64,000 bases of DNA, taken from contig JAGXHM010000125.1 in assembly GCA_024636155.1 (NCBI GenBank), positions 180 to 64,179 of the forward strand, read 5' to 3'. The translations under genes were made by a program, and so were the position numbers. Under the pieces are notes generated by a model. It saw only the letters and a program-made list of their open reading frames with translations. It was not told the origin of the DNA and did no database searches. Source of the DNA: Deltaproteobacteria bacterium (GTDB lineage: Bacteria; Desulfobacterota; Desulfuromonadia; Desulfuromonadales; BM103). Of the stretch, positions 20,085 to 31,234 are shown piece by piece. The first letter of the stretch is position 1; each line of letters starts with the position of its first letter.

Positions 20085-23000
20085 CTAGCGGACGTCTGTC
20101 TCAACATGATGCTTGGCATGGGTCGGAGCTAGACCAATCAGCGCTCGCACATCTTCGAGAGCCAGGTAAAGAGCAGGGATCAGCACGAGAGTGATACCGG
20201 TGGCAAAAAGGATACCGAAAGCTAAACTGATCGCCATAGGCACTAAAAACTGTGCTTGTACGCTTGTCTCCAGAATCATCGGCATAAGACCAAAAAATGT
20301 TGTCAATGACGTCAGCAGAATCGGTCGAAAACGTCTCTGCCCTGCTTCTATGAGCGCCTCCCGCAACGGTTTGCCTTTGCGCCTGACACGATTGATATAG
20401 TCAATCAACAGCAAGGAATCGTTAACCACAACTCCGGTCAAGGCAACGATGCCAAACATACTCAGGATACTCAAATCATACCCCAAAATAAAATGACCAA
20501 GAATCGCACCGACAATACCGAATGGTATCGCGGCCATAATCAGAAGCGGCTGTGAGTAGCTGCGGAAAGGAATCGCCAACAACGCAAAGATCACGATCAG
20601 CACTAACTTGAAGCCCTTAAACATACTCTCCATCGATTCGCGGCGATTCTTGTCTTCTCCCTCCATGTCGTAACTCAGGCCGGGGTAATCTGCCATAAGT
20701 TTCGGCAGGTCAACGGCTTTAATTGTGGCGACTACTTCCTCTGCATTGGCGGCATGGCTGTCGACCGTTGCCGTGACATTAATCACCCGCTTCCTGTCAC
20801 TCCGGTTGATCTTACTGAAACCGCGACTTTCAACCAGGGTCGCAGCTCTGTCCAGCGGAATCTCGCCGCCATTCGGCACCCGGATACGCATGTTTTCGAG
20901 ATCCCAGAACCGACTTCGACTCTCTTCAGGGTAGCGGACTAAAACCTTGACTTCATTGCGGCCACGCTGCAGACGCAAAGCTTCAGAGCCGTAAAAAGCG
21001 CCGCGCAATTGACGGCCAAGATCCTCTTCAGTAATCCCGAGTGTACGTGCTTCGGCCTTCAGCCGCACCTTCACTTCTCGTTTTCCCAAAGTGTAGTTAT
21101 CGGTAATGTCGCCCGTACCTGGATATGTGGCAATCAGTTCCTTGAGGCGCTCGGCGGCCTCGTCCAAAACCGCAAAGTCCTCATGAGCCAACTGGATGTC
21201 AATATTCGCGCCGAGATGAATCAGGTTCGAAACAAACGTCAGCTTTTCTACGGCTGCAATCTCCCCCACCCGCTCGCGCCAGCGGTTAGAGATCTCGGTC
21301 GCCGGTACTTCGCGTAGCTCGCTCGCTGTCAAGAACATGGCAATCGTGGCAAGATTTCCACCAGCGCTGGAGCTTGCTCCCCCCGGACCTCTATCCGTTG
21401 TCGCGGACCCGACTGCCGCATAGATGTGACGCATCACGGAATCAGACTGCGGGCGTTCTTTATCGTACTCGGCAATCACAGCAAGACCGGCGTTGACGAC
21501 CTGTTCCTGAACCCGTGTGGTCAATTCCACCGGGCTCCCTGGAGCCAACTCAAGAGCGACCTGAATGACGTCGCCATCGACATCCGGCATAAAACGGAAT
21601 TTGACAACGCCACCACCGACCAGGCCAACGCCGGCCAGCAACAACACTGCGCATGCGGCGGCTATCGTCGTGTAGCGATATTCCAGGCAAAGTTCCAGAG
21701 TCTTCCGGTAGGGTCCATCAATGAATTTCTGCAGCGCCTTGCCGAAACGCCGGCGGTTTTTATCAAGACTGCCCAAAAAACCACCCGAGTCCTGACGAGG
21801 CTGGCCAAACGCCAGATGTGCAGGCAAGATGAAAAGGCATTCCACAAGAGAGACCAGCAGAATCGTAATAACGATCGCTGGAATGACCATGATGAATTTG
21901 CCCATAATGCCGCTGGTGAAGAGCAGGGGCAAAAAGGCTGTCACCGAAGTCAGGATGGCAAAAACAACCGGTTGAGCCACCTCGATCGTGCCATCAACCG
22001 CAGCTTTCAGATAGGACTTGCCGGTCTGGCGATGTTCATAAATGTTCTCACCGACGACAATTGCATCATCAACCACGATGCCGAGAGCCATGATAAAAGC
22101 AAAAAGCGAGATCATGTTGATCGAGACATCGATCGCTGGCATGAAGAGCAAGGCCCCGCAGAAAGAGATGGGGATGCCAAGCATGACCCAAAGGGCCAGG
22201 CGGATCTCAAGAAAAAGACCGAGTGTAACAAAGACCAGCACCAGACCGATCAAACCATTCCTGGTGAGCAGATCCTTGCGGCTCTTGAAAAGCTCCGAAT
22301 TGTCGTTCCAGGTGGCCAGATCGACCGAGTCTGGAAGTTGACGACGCTTGGCCTCAACAAACTTTTTAACCGTATCAGAAATTTCCGTCGGCTTCTGATC
22401 GCCGACCCGGTAAACCTTGGCCATAGCTGCAGGCTGGCCATCGAAGAGACCGAACTGGTCGGTCTCCTCGAACCCATCCTGAATGGTTGCAATGTCACCG
22501 AGGGTGACTTCTGTGCCATCGGCCGTTGTCAGAATGACGATACTTGCATACTCATAGCCCACATAGCGGCGCTCTTTGGTGCGAATGAGAATCTCGCCGG
22601 CGTCAGCTTTGATCGTTCCTCCCGGGAGATCGATGGACGCCTGCCGAATCTTTTGGGCGATCTGTTCGAAGCTCAAAGCGTAGCGGCGCAGACTGGCCTC
22701 ATCAACCTCGACGGAGATTTCATAAGGGCGAATGCCGCTCAAATCAACCTGGGTGATCCCCGGTTCCAGCAGCAACTCGTCGCGGACCTGTTCAACCAAC
22801 TCTCGCAAACTGCGTTCGGGCAGTTGGCCAAAAACAACCACGGAGATGACTTCGCGCCGATTGAGCAGTTTGCTGACCACCGGCTGTTCAGCATCCTTGG
22901 GGAAGGTGGTAATCCGGTCCACTTCACTTTTGATGTCTTGCAGAACCAGATCGATATCAGCATCCGTTGTGACTTCTGCGATAACCGTTCCGTAACCTTC

Positions 23001-23258
23001 AGCAGCCACAGACTTAATCTGCTTGATGCCGTCAATCCCGGTCAGATTCTCCTCAATCTTGAGGATAACGCCCTCTTCGACTTCTTCTGGCCCGGCACCG
23101 GGATAAGCGACGCTCACCAGAATTCGATCAAGGGTAATATCGGGAAAAACCTCTTGCTTGATGTTGAAGCCGAGGATCAATCCGCCAATAATCAGCACAA
23201 ACATCAGCAAGTTGGAGGCGACATGATTCTCCGCCATCCAGCGAATGGCACCGTTCAT
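20085..23258 (-). CDS. RND efflux permease (AcrB/AcrD/AcrF family)
   Basis: 1057 aa; GIVVDDAIVVGEN and RFRPILLTSLTT motifs. Confidence 0.95.
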   Translation of the reverse strand: MNGAIRWMAENHVASNLLMFVLIIGGLILGFNIKQEVFPDITLDRILVSVAYPGAGPEEVEEGVILKIEENLTGIDGIKQIKSVAAEGYGTVIAEVTTDADIDLVLQDIKSEVDRITTFPKDAEQPVVSKLLNRREVISVVVFGQLPERSLRELVEQVRDELLLEPGITQVDLSGIRPYEISVEVDEASLRRYALSFEQIAQKIRQASIDLPGGTIKADAGEILIRTKERRYVGYEYASIVILTTADGTEVTLGDIATIQDGFEETDQFGLFDGQPAAMAKVYRVGDQKPTEISDTVKKFVEAKRRQLPDSVDLATWNDNSELFKSRKDLLTRNGLIGLVLVFVTLGLFLEIRLALWVMLGIPISFCGALLFMPAIDVSINMISLFAFIMALGIVVDDAIVVGENIYEHRQTGKSYLKAAVDGTIEVAQPVVFAILTSVTAFLPLLFTSGIMGKFIMVIPAIVITILLVSLVECLFILPAHLAFGQPRQDSGGFLGSLDKNRRRFGKALQKFIDGPYRKTLELCLEYRYTTIAAACAVLLLAGVGLVGGGVVKFRFMPDVDGDVIQVALELAPGSPVELTTRVQEQVVNAGLAVIAEYDKERPQSDSVMRHIYAAVGSATTDRGPGGASSSAGGNLATIAMFLTASELREVPATEISNRWRERVGEIAAVEKLTFVSNLIHLGANIDIQLAHEDFAVLDEAAERLKELIATYPGTGDITDNYTLGKREVKVRLKAEARTLGITEEDLGRQLRGAFYGSEALRLQRGRNEVKVLVRYPEESRSRFWDLENMRIRVPNGGEIPLDRAATLVESRGFSKINRSDRKRVINVTATVDSHAANAEEVVATIKAVDLPKLMADYPGLSYDMEGEDKNRRESMESMFKGFKLVLIVIFALLAIPFRSYSQPLLIMAAIPFGIVGAILGHFILGYDLSILSMFGIVALTGVVVNDSLLLIDYINRVRRKGKPLREALIEAGQRRFRPILLTSLTTFFGLMPMILETSVQAQFLVPMAISLAFGILFATGITLVLIPALYLALEDVRALIGLAPTHAKHHVETDVR

Positions 23259-24430
23259 TATTTAACCTCGCGCAATTGCGGCCGCAACAGCATGCCTTCT
23301 GCTGCGCCAGAGAGGTTGGTCAAAACGATCTTTTCGCGGGCATCCAATCCTGATCGGATCAGAACTTCATCACGTTCGCGCCGAAGAATATCAACCTCGC
23401 GGATATGTAACCTGTTCTCTTCGCCAACAATCCACACGGTGTCGTTATCGTGCAGGGCTCCGCGTGGCACAGCAATCACATCGGTGAGTTCTTCCCCCAG
23501 CAGCTGGACCTCCACAAACATACCGGGCAAGAGATCCTTCAGAAGTTTCCCGCCCTCACTATCCTGAGAAAAAGGGTCGGCGACAGTGACCACCACGCGC
23601 GCCATTCGGTTGTGCGGATCAATTTCACCCAGTGCCCGGGTTATTTCTCCTTGCCAGCGAAAGGTCTGTCCACCTGATTGCAGTTCAACTTTGGCCAAAG
23701 AACCTTTCTGTCTGGTCCCCTTGCGCGGTACCTGCAACCAGACAAGCTCATCAAGGGGAAGTGGTATGACAATTTCTATCTGATCGATTCCGGCCACCGT
23801 CGCTACGGGTGCTCCCATATTGAGAAACTGACCAATCCCGACCTGTTCGCTGCGCACGTAGCAGTTGAAGGGGGCGAACACTCGGGTCCGCTGCAGGTTG
23901 AGTTCGGCAAGCCGGACATTGGCCTGGGCGGCATCACGCTGCGCGCGGGCACTTTTCAATTGGGGTTCATATACGACCAGCGGGTTAGGCTCCAGGGCAC
24001 TATCACTGTTCAGCGCATACCATTCTTTGCGAGCCAGCTCCGCCAGGTTTTCATTGCGTAACAATTCAAGTTCCGTCTGAGCCAGACTCGATTGCGCAAG
24101 AGCGATCGCCAACTGATAATCTATATCTTCGATGGCAAAGAGTAACTCCCCTTGTCGAAAAATTCCGCCAGCAACCATCTGCGGAGCAAGCTCGCTGACA
24201 CGGCCTTTAACCTGTGGCGTTATACTGACCTCATGGCGCGCCTGAGCACTACCGGTAGCACTGACGATCACCTGACGATTGGTTTTAACCAGTTCCGCCA
24301 CTTCGACCAATGGCCCGAGGTAAGGAGTCTCGTGGGGCTTGGGCGTCTTACGCGACTTAAGCATAACGAAAGTCAATCCCAACGCGATCACGATAATCAG
24401 AAATGGCAGTATGGCTTTCTTCATTTTCAT
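23258..24430 (-). CDS. RND periplasmic adaptor (membrane fusion protein)
   Basis: N-terminal TM, lipoyl/hairpin pattern (ITPQVKGRV...RTRVFAPF), LPGMFV. Confidence 0.92.
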   Translation of the reverse strand: MKMKKAILPFLIIVIALGLTFVMLKSRKTPKPHETPYLGPLVEVAELVKTNRQVIVSATGSAQARHEVSITPQVKGRVSELAPQMVAGGIFRQGELLFAIEDIDYQLAIALAQSSLAQTELELLRNENLAELARKEWYALNSDSALEPNPLVVYEPQLKSARAQRDAAQANVRLAELNLQRTRVFAPFNCYVRSEQVGIGQFLNMGAPVATVAGIDQIEIVIPLPLDELVWLQVPRKGTRQKGSLAKVELQSGGQTFRWQGEITRALGEIDPHNRMARVVVTVADPFSQDSEGGKLLKDLLPGMFVEVQLLGEELTDVIAVPRGALHDNDTVWIVGEENRLHIREVDILRRERDEVLIRSGLDAREKIVLTNLSGAAEGMLLRPQLREVK

Positions 24431-25845
24431 TGCTTCTTATCCTTTTCAATCTGCAAACGTGAATTCATTTTGGCCTGCATCCAAGCCCCACCGAGTGACC
24501 GTGCCAGACTGATGCGATCAGCAAGTAGTTGTCGTCGCGCGGCAAGCAGGCGGCTATTGACATCAAAGTCAGTGCGCTGAGCCGTCAGAACGGGGAGATA
24601 GTCAACCAACCCGGCAAGATAACGATCCGTTGACAACCTCAGAGTTGCGCTGGTCGCTTGTGCCGTTTCAGCAAGACGTTTGATGCGTTGTTCAGTTGCA
24701 TAATTATTCACCAAAGCATCCTCGACTTCCTGAAAAGCCGAAAGTACTTTTTGTTGATAGGCGGCCACAGCTTCTCTCAGAGCAGCCTCTTTTCTGTCGA
24801 CCTCGGCACGCCTCCGACCACCATCAACGATCGGCATGGCCAGGTTACCGAGCAGGCTCCAGAATTCACCCTTGAGAAGACCTGCGGTCACATCCTGGCG
24901 AAGGGAGCCATAACCAGCAGAGAGGCTGATTGTTGGGAAGCGATCGGCAATAGCCGCTGCAACTCTGGAATCAGCGGCCTCAACCCGTCGCAAAGCCGCC
25001 TGAAGATCGGGCCTCTGACTGATCAGATCAGCAGGGATGCCGACCGCAAAAAGTTCGGGAGCGCTGGGTAACTGTTCAAGACTTCCGGCAGGGCTTCGCT
25101 CCGGATATCGACCTATCAGCACCGCTATGGCATGCTCAGCCTCAGCTAAATTAGCTTCGAACAGAGAGCGCGCCGCCTGCGCCCCGGCCAAGCTCTGACG
25201 GGCCTGATACATATCGACAGCTGGAACCAAACCCAAGTTATAGCGGTTTTCGACACGTCCTAGCGTATCGGCAAAAGAGGCAATTGATTGCTCGGTCAAG
25301 GCCAATTGAGCCCGTTGTTCAACAGCAAGGAAGTAGAAATCAGTCAATCGCGCCGACAGCCCCAGATAAAGCGTTTGTATCTCTTGACGACTGGCCGACA
25401 GCTCCAATTCTGCTGCCCGGCTCTGTGCCGCCAACTTCCCCCAGAGATCAAGTTCATAGCCTGCCGCCAACGACAACTGTTGGCTGTCACCGATAAAGTC
25501 GTCTGCCAAACCAGGCTGGCTTGAGCGACTCAGGCTTCCCCCGCCGGCAAGGACTGGTGACTGGGCACTGCGAGTGATTTTAAATGCGGCCTCAACCTGT
25601 TCCAGACGTGCAATGGCCTGAGTCATTTCCAGATTCTGGTCGAAGAGTTCTGTCATCAACGAGTTAAGGTGCTCGTCATTGAAAGCCAGCCACCACTGAT
25701 CGACCGACAATCCAGGCTCATTGACCGTTTGATATTCAAGATATTCACGGGGAGGGTCTACTGACAATTGCACCTTGATCGGACGATGTAATGAGCAACC
25801 GGCCAGAAGCAGTATCGTGAAGAGAGCGCTAAGACGTATCATCAT
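24427..25845 (-). CDS. Outer-membrane efflux lipoprotein (NodT/TolC family)
   Basis: Lipobox LAGC, YELDLWG, QRPDLQAA, LARSLGGAW. Confidence 0.93.
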   Translation of the reverse strand: MMIRLSALFTILLLAGCSLHRPIKVQLSVDPPREYLEYQTVNEPGLSVDQWWLAFNDEHLNSLMTELFDQNLEMTQAIARLEQVEAAFKITRSAQSPVLAGGGSLSRSSQPGLADDFIGDSQQLSLAAGYELDLWGKLAAQSRAAELELSASRQEIQTLYLGLSARLTDFYFLAVEQRAQLALTEQSIASFADTLGRVENRYNLGLVPAVDMYQARQSLAGAQAARSLFEANLAEAEHAIAVLIGRYPERSPAGSLEQLPSAPELFAVGIPADLISQRPDLQAALRRVEAADSRVAAAIADRFPTISLSAGYGSLRQDVTAGLLKGEFWSLLGNLAMPIVDGGRRRAEVDRKEAALREAVAAYQQKVLSAFQEVEDALVNNYATEQRIKRLAETAQATSATLRLSTDRYLAGLVDYLPVLTAQRTDFDVNSRLLAARRQLLADRISLARSLGGAWMQAKMNSRLQIEKDKKQ

Positions 25846-26474
25846 GAAGCCTCCATGCCAGCGGTCGCGAAGTCGAGGAAGAGTTCGATCAGATCGTCAA
25901 CAGGCATGTCGATATTGACATCCTCAGGTATCATGGCTTGACGCTCGTGATAACGCATAATGTGGCTCAGAGAGCCGAAAGCAAAATGCACCCGCCAGAA
26001 TAGCGTCTGTCGCGACAATTCTGGCAATGAGAGAGCAAGCGCATAAAAGAGTCGATTCATCAGCGGCTCCATATGATGCATGAAAATCTTCATGGCAACA
26101 CTGCGCGGTTCAGCGAGTATTCTGCCAATCAATGCAACAAAATCCTCACTATCAGAGCCATGTATACGCATACGCAGAGTTGGTTCGATAAATGTCCGCA
26201 GGACGTCACGGCAGGTCGGCGATTCTCCGGCTTGACCGGTTTTCTCCAACAGAGCTTCAAGCTGGCCAAGGCGAATTTTATTAAGGGGCTCCAGACGACG
26301 TTCGATAACTGCTTCGAGAAGTGATTCTTTGCTGCCGAAATGATAGTTGACCGCGGCCAGATTGACCTTGGCCTCCGTGGTTATGCTGCGCAGTGAGGTA
26401 GGGTGATAACCGTCCCTTGCGAAAAGGTGTTCTCCTGCGTTGAGGATTCTCTGCTTGGTATCGGGCTGACTCAT
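25842..26474 (-). CDS. TetR-family regulator (PsrA-like C-terminus)
   Basis: TKQRILNAGEHLFA...VNLAAVNYHFGSKESL HTH; start set at ATG 26474. Confidence 0.92.
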   Translation of the reverse strand: MSQPDTKQRILNAGEHLFARDGYHPTSLRSITTEAKVNLAAVNYHFGSKESLLEAVIERRLEPLNKIRLGQLEALLEKTGQAGESPTCRDVLRTFIEPTLRMRIHGSDSEDFVALIGRILAEPRSVAMKIFMHHMEPLMNRLFYALALSLPELSRQTLFWRVHFAFGSLSHIMRYHERQAMIPEDVNIDMPVDDLIELFLDFATAGMEAS

Positions 26475-26514
26475 TAGATGGTTACGACTCCCATAAAAGA
26501 AAAAGCTACGAACA

Positions 26515-26556
26515 AAATCGTACATACGATTTAAACGTATGTTTGAATAAGGTCAA
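26515..26556 (-). promoter_or_regulatory. Promoter with overlapping palindromic TetR operator(s)
   Basis: Perfect IR AAATCGTA-CA-TACGATTT overlapping CATACG-N7-CGTATG, with -35 TTGACC on the minus strand. Confidence 0.7.
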
Positions 26557-26906
26557 GTCTTTTTCCCGGGCGAGCCTGAGAGAGACAACCACACAAGCCA
26601 GACGAGACTCACGACACCAATACGGTTCTCCTCTTCGAAATGGATTGCCGGGAGAAGCAATGGACTGAAACGAGCCGCAGCTCTGTGGACCAGAACAATA
26701 AAGTCCTCTTCCGGTACACCAGCCCCTTACCAAGCTCCCAACCCATTGAGTCTGGCACCATTCATTTCGCTGCCTACAACTATCTGTGTATCGACACCGA
26801 CATCTTAGCGCAGCATAACCATTAACAATTTCAGGCACCTTCGTTGCGCACGGCAACTTTCATGCTAGCCTTTAGATACTAATTTCATCTGAAGGCTTGT
26901 GTCCCT

Positions 26907-28788
26907 ATGCTCACTTGGAAACGTTTTTGTCTGGCAAGCGGAATCAGCCTGTTGCTTGTTATGCTCTTCATCATAGTCATCCTGCCTGGCATAATCAGCG
27001 ACCGTGCCAGCAGTTGGATTGCTGAAGAGACCGGCCGAAGCCTCGAGATCGAATCGATCAACATCAATCCGTTCAGCCTCAGCGTGGAGGTTCGCAAACT
27101 TCAGTTAAGCGATACGGATCCAACCCAACCATTCGTCTCCTGGGATCTGTTGAGTGTCTCTCTGAGCATGGCATCTCTCTATCATCGGGCGCCGATACTC
27201 GACGAACTACGCCTCGACAACCCTTATATCCACCTGGAGAGGTTGACCGCTGACCGCTTCAACTTCAGCGACCTGATCCCGGAAAAAGAAACCACTGATC
27301 CCGCTGAGCCTGCAGGAGAGCCAACCCGTTTCTCCATTAACAACCTCTCGATAAGTGGCGGTCAGGTTGATCTTATTGACAGCAGCCTTAAAGAACAGGT
27401 TCAGCATACGATCCGTGACCTGCAACTGGTCCTGCCAACCATCGGCAACCTCCCCTACATGGTCGAGAACCCGGCGCGACCAAGAGATGCAATTTGATCT
27501 GGTTCTGGAGAACATAGACCTGCCCTTTTATCTTGGCTACGTTCCAGTAGATCTCCCGGTAGAGTTACGCAACGGCAAACTCAGCCTCAATCTCAACATC
27601 CTCTATCGAATCACGGCTGAATCCGGCGGTGAGCTGGAATTGCAAGGACGAGTCGATCTGTTCTCACTCGACATATGGGATCGGTTACATGAGCAGCTCT
27701 TCTTTCTACCTCTGTTACGGGTAGAGATTGCGCCATCACAACCATTGAAACAAGAGATACACCTCCTGGCTGTGCGCGCTTACAATCTGGAGGTTCAATT
27801 AAAACGGGACCAGCAGGGCGATTGGAATCATGCTCGTATGGCACCAACAGGTGCAAAACAAGCACCTCCTGAAGAGAAGGGAGAAGAATCAACGCCTTTT
27901 AAACTCATGGTCGATGCACTCGAAATTCATGACGGAGTCGTCGTTTTCAAAGACAACTTTCCTGCAGGAGGCTTCGATACAGTCGCACGGGAGATCAATC
28001 TCGATGTCAGGGACTTCGCTCTCGACGCGAAGCAGGGCATTCCCCTCGACATCTCCCTGGAAACAGACCGGAACGAAACCCTCACGATCAATGGTCAGCT
28101 TTTGCTTGAGCCATTCACTCTGGCCCTACAGGCCGAGCTGCAAAACATTTCCATGGCATCCTATATGCCTTATTATCAGGACGCTTACTCCGTGCCGCTC
28201 GGCGGAAGGGCAGATCTTCAGGCAAAGCTGATGATCAATCCAGAACAGCCTATGCTGATCAGTGACGGCATGATCAAGTGGCGAGACGCTTACATGGCCT
28301 TCAATGATCATGAGGGGATGGGAATTGCCTTGATTGACATCAACAACCTCTCATTCGATCTTGGCAAGAACCGGTTGGAAGTAGGCTCGACGCGCTATGA
28401 GGATGGTTTGGTCAATTTTTCGCGTAACGCCGAAGGACACTGGTCTTTCCTTTCGAGCAACTTCCCGCTTCTGGCTAAATTAACGGAGGTTCCGGACGAG
28501 GAGCCCTACCAAGAGGCAAAGTTTCCCAAGCCGCGAAGCTTTATTGGTATGACGAAAAAGCTGCCTGAAGCCGAAATGGAGAAACTTATCTACGCCAACA
28601 CGTCGGTCACCGAGGACCAACTGGCTGACCTTGCTCAAACTCGGGCCCTGACCGTACAAACCTTCCTGTTCGCAGAGGGCCAGTTACCGCAGGAAAGGAT
28701 CTTTTTGAAGAAATCGGATATCACCGCAGCCCCAGAACAGGAAACGGCCTACCGCGCCCGGGTCGAGCTCGGCGCAGCGGTTCGTTAA
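26907..28788 (+). pseudogene. DUF748-family protein, frameshifted and internally deleted
   Basis: N-terminal part (26907-27497) ends in an out-of-frame tail after NLPYMVENPA; the coding sequence continues in another frame from ~27480; abrupt jump to the C-terminal motif LAQTRALTVQTFL...RVEL near 28500. Confidence 0.7.
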
Positions 28789-28997
28789 CTTCAGTCGCCC
28801 ATGAAGAAGAGATGTGGTGCGGCGCATAGCCACCCTCCCACACCACATCAATAGATAAACATCGTCAAACGAACATTTTCTGCAAAGTCCTTAAGGTGAA
28901 ATTAGTGAGGAACAGGTGATCGAAACCCTGTTCATCAATGCACTTTTGCGTTATCCTGTGCCGCACTTATCTTTAATTTCAAGGAGCCTGGTTAATC

Positions 28998-29312
28998 ATG
29001 TTTACACGCATTGTACTTTTTCTTTTGGTCGTTGGCCTGGTTTACCTCAACTACACAAACCCGAAAATTGAAGATCACCACGCTTTCTTGCTCGCCGAGT
29101 TGCAGCAGAGCTATCCCGTTTCAGAAGAAATGCAGGAACAGATCTGGCGAGAGGTAGATTATTCGAACTTCATGGTCTGTTCATTCATGAGAACCAAAGA
29201 TATAGGCAGCACCATGATTTCTTTCGGTTTCCTGAAGAAGGTCAAAATGATTGACGACAAGTGGGTTAATAAAATCAAAACCAAACTGCAGAGACAGGCA
29301 GAAAGCTATTAA
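28998..29312 (+). CDS. Hypothetical protein with N-terminal membrane anchor
   Basis: AGGAG RBS, hydrophobic N-terminus followed by TNP. Confidence 0.75.
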   Translation: MFTRIVLFLLVVGLVYLNYTNPKIEDHHAFLLAELQQSYPVSEEMQEQIWREVDYSNFMVCSFMRTKDIGSTMISFGFLKKVKMIDDKWVNKIKTKLQRQAESY

Positions 29313-29394
29313 TTCACACGGTGAAGGCTTCCTGAAATGCTACCAAACTGCCTGCAGACAGGCAAAAACCTACAAAAGGTAAAGTTCTGTAACT

Positions 29395-31215
29395 GTGGCT
29401 AACCTTGATCTTTTCTTCAAAAATCTAAGAAAAATCGACTGGCATCTTTTGACGCGCCCGGTTATTCTCAGCGTTCTGGTCGGCCTGGTCACCGGCAGCG
29501 CTGCTGTCCTTTTCTACTTCGCCACCAACAGTATCGAGCATATTTTTCTCAACAACATGGCCGGCTATCACCCTCCGGAAGAGGGCGCAGAGGCAGTGTT
29601 GGCCATGGGTGATCACATGATCGACACCCTGGCCATGGATCATCGCTGGTTTCTCTTTCTGATACCAGTCATTGGCGGCTTGATTTCCGGTTTTCTTGTC
29701 TTCAAGTTTGCCCCGGAAGCAGAAGGGCATGGCACCGATGCGGCAATCGATGCCTTCCATAACAAAGGCGGTGTCATCAGGGGTCGCGTCCCGATCATCA
29801 AAGGGCTTGCCTCCATGGCGACGATCGGCACTGGTGGTTCGGCCGGACGCGAGGGTCCGATTGCACAGATTGGAGCCGGTTTCGGTTCATTTATTGCCAG
29901 CAAACTGAAGTTAACTTCTGCCGACCGGAGGATTCTGCTCCTGGCTGGGATGGCAGGCGGGATCGGCGCGACGTTCCGCTCACCTCTCGGTGGCGCCCTC
30001 TTTGCTGTCGAGGTCCTTTACAAAAATCCTGAATTTGAGCATGAGGGGTTGATCCCGGCCATCATCTCCTCAATAACAGCCTTTTCCCTCTTTGGTGCCA
30101 CCACCGGCTGGAAGCCTCTGTTGGCAACTCCAGAGTTCAGCTTCGAGCATCCCCGGGAGCTCATCTTCTTCCTGATGCTCGGCATCGCCTGCGCCGTGCT
30201 CGGAAAATTGTATGTAAAGTGTTTCTACGGTGCTCAACATCTTTTCAAAGAGTGGGATTTCCCGATCATGCTAAAGCCTGCTGTCGGAGGTCTTCTGCTC
30301 GGCCTGCTTGCTATGGCAGTACCTCAAGTACTCGGTTCGGGCTATGGCCTGGTACAGGCAGCACTCTATGGCAAGGTGGCTCTCTGGATCATGTTGGTTG
30401 TTGCCTTCGCCAAAATTATCGCGACCAGCCTGACCATCTCCTCCGGCGGTTCCGGTGGTGTATTCGCTCCCAGCCTGGTCATCGGCGCTATGCTCGGCGG
30501 CGCCTTCGGCGCATCCGCTGAATTGCTTTTTCCAACCATGGTTTACGACCCGCGGGCTTATGTTCTGATCGGCATGGCCGGATTTTTTTCCGGCGTATCC
30601 AATACGCCGATCGCTACCTTGATCATGGTCAGTGAGCTGACAGGAAATTACGGTCTCATAGCTCCGTTGATGCTGGTCTGCACTGTGGCCATGATCGTTT
30701 ATCCGCGCAATTCGATTTACCAGAAACAGGTAAAAAGCCGCACCGATTCACCGGTTCATTTCGGTGAATTCATCGTTGATATTCTTGAAGGGATCCGTGT
30801 TGATGACCTGCGCGAATATGGCCGGAAACCTACCTTTATTGCCGAAGGCCTTCCCTTGCCACAGATACTCGAAAAAATCGCCAATGCCGAGTGCGCATAC
30901 TACCCTGTCGTTGATGACAACATGTGTATGACCGCTATTTTCTCGATCAATGATATTCGACGAATCCTGGCTGAGGACCTCCCCCCCAGTCTGGTGTTGG
31001 CCAAAGATATCGCCATCTCCCACGTGGTCACAACGACACCTGACGAGTCCTTAACGGACGTCATGCGTAAACTTTCCAGCATTGGGTTGGAGGAGATTCC
31101 GGTGGTAGCCGAAGATGACCCTCAACAGGTTCTTTTCATGCTGACACGCCGTGCCGTTCTGGCCCGTTATGCCAGGGAGCTTGAAAAGAACAAGGAACGT
31201 TATACATCAGACTGA
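29395..31215 (+). CDS. CLC chloride/proton antiporter with CBS pair
   Basis: GHGTD, GSAGREGPI and GGVFAP motifs; C-terminal CBS domains. Confidence 0.93.
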   Translation: MANLDLFFKNLRKIDWHLLTRPVILSVLVGLVTGSAAVLFYFATNSIEHIFLNNMAGYHPPEEGAEAVLAMGDHMIDTLAMDHRWFLFLIPVIGGLISGFLVFKFAPEAEGHGTDAAIDAFHNKGGVIRGRVPIIKGLASMATIGTGGSAGREGPIAQIGAGFGSFIASKLKLTSADRRILLLAGMAGGIGATFRSPLGGALFAVEVLYKNPEFEHEGLIPAIISSITAFSLFGATTGWKPLLATPEFSFEHPRELIFFLMLGIACAVLGKLYVKCFYGAQHLFKEWDFPIMLKPAVGGLLLGLLAMAVPQVLGSGYGLVQAALYGKVALWIMLVVAFAKIIATSLTISSGGSGGVFAPSLVIGAMLGGAFGASAELLFPTMVYDPRAYVLIGMAGFFSGVSNTPIATLIMVSELTGNYGLIAPLMLVCTVAMIVYPRNSIYQKQVKSRTDSPVHFGEFIVDILEGIRVDDLREYGRKPTFIAEGLPLPQILEKIANAECAYYPVVDDNMCMTAIFSINDIRRILAEDLPPSLVLAKDIAISHVVTTTPDESLTDVMRKLSSIGLEEIPVVAEDDPQQVLFMLTRRAVLARYARELEKNKERYTSD

Positions 31216-31234
31216 AGAGTCGTCGGTTAAAAAA

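Noticed and set aside
21426-23567. 713-aa plus-strand ORF
   Set aside because: Antisense shadow of the RND permease; no recognisable motifs.
29318-29378. Weak resemblance to a fluoride riboswitch upstream of the CLC gene
   Set aside because: It lacks the GAUG...GUUC/UGAUG core, and the CLC has GREGP/GVFAP motifs rather than the fluoride-type GREGT/GEVTP.
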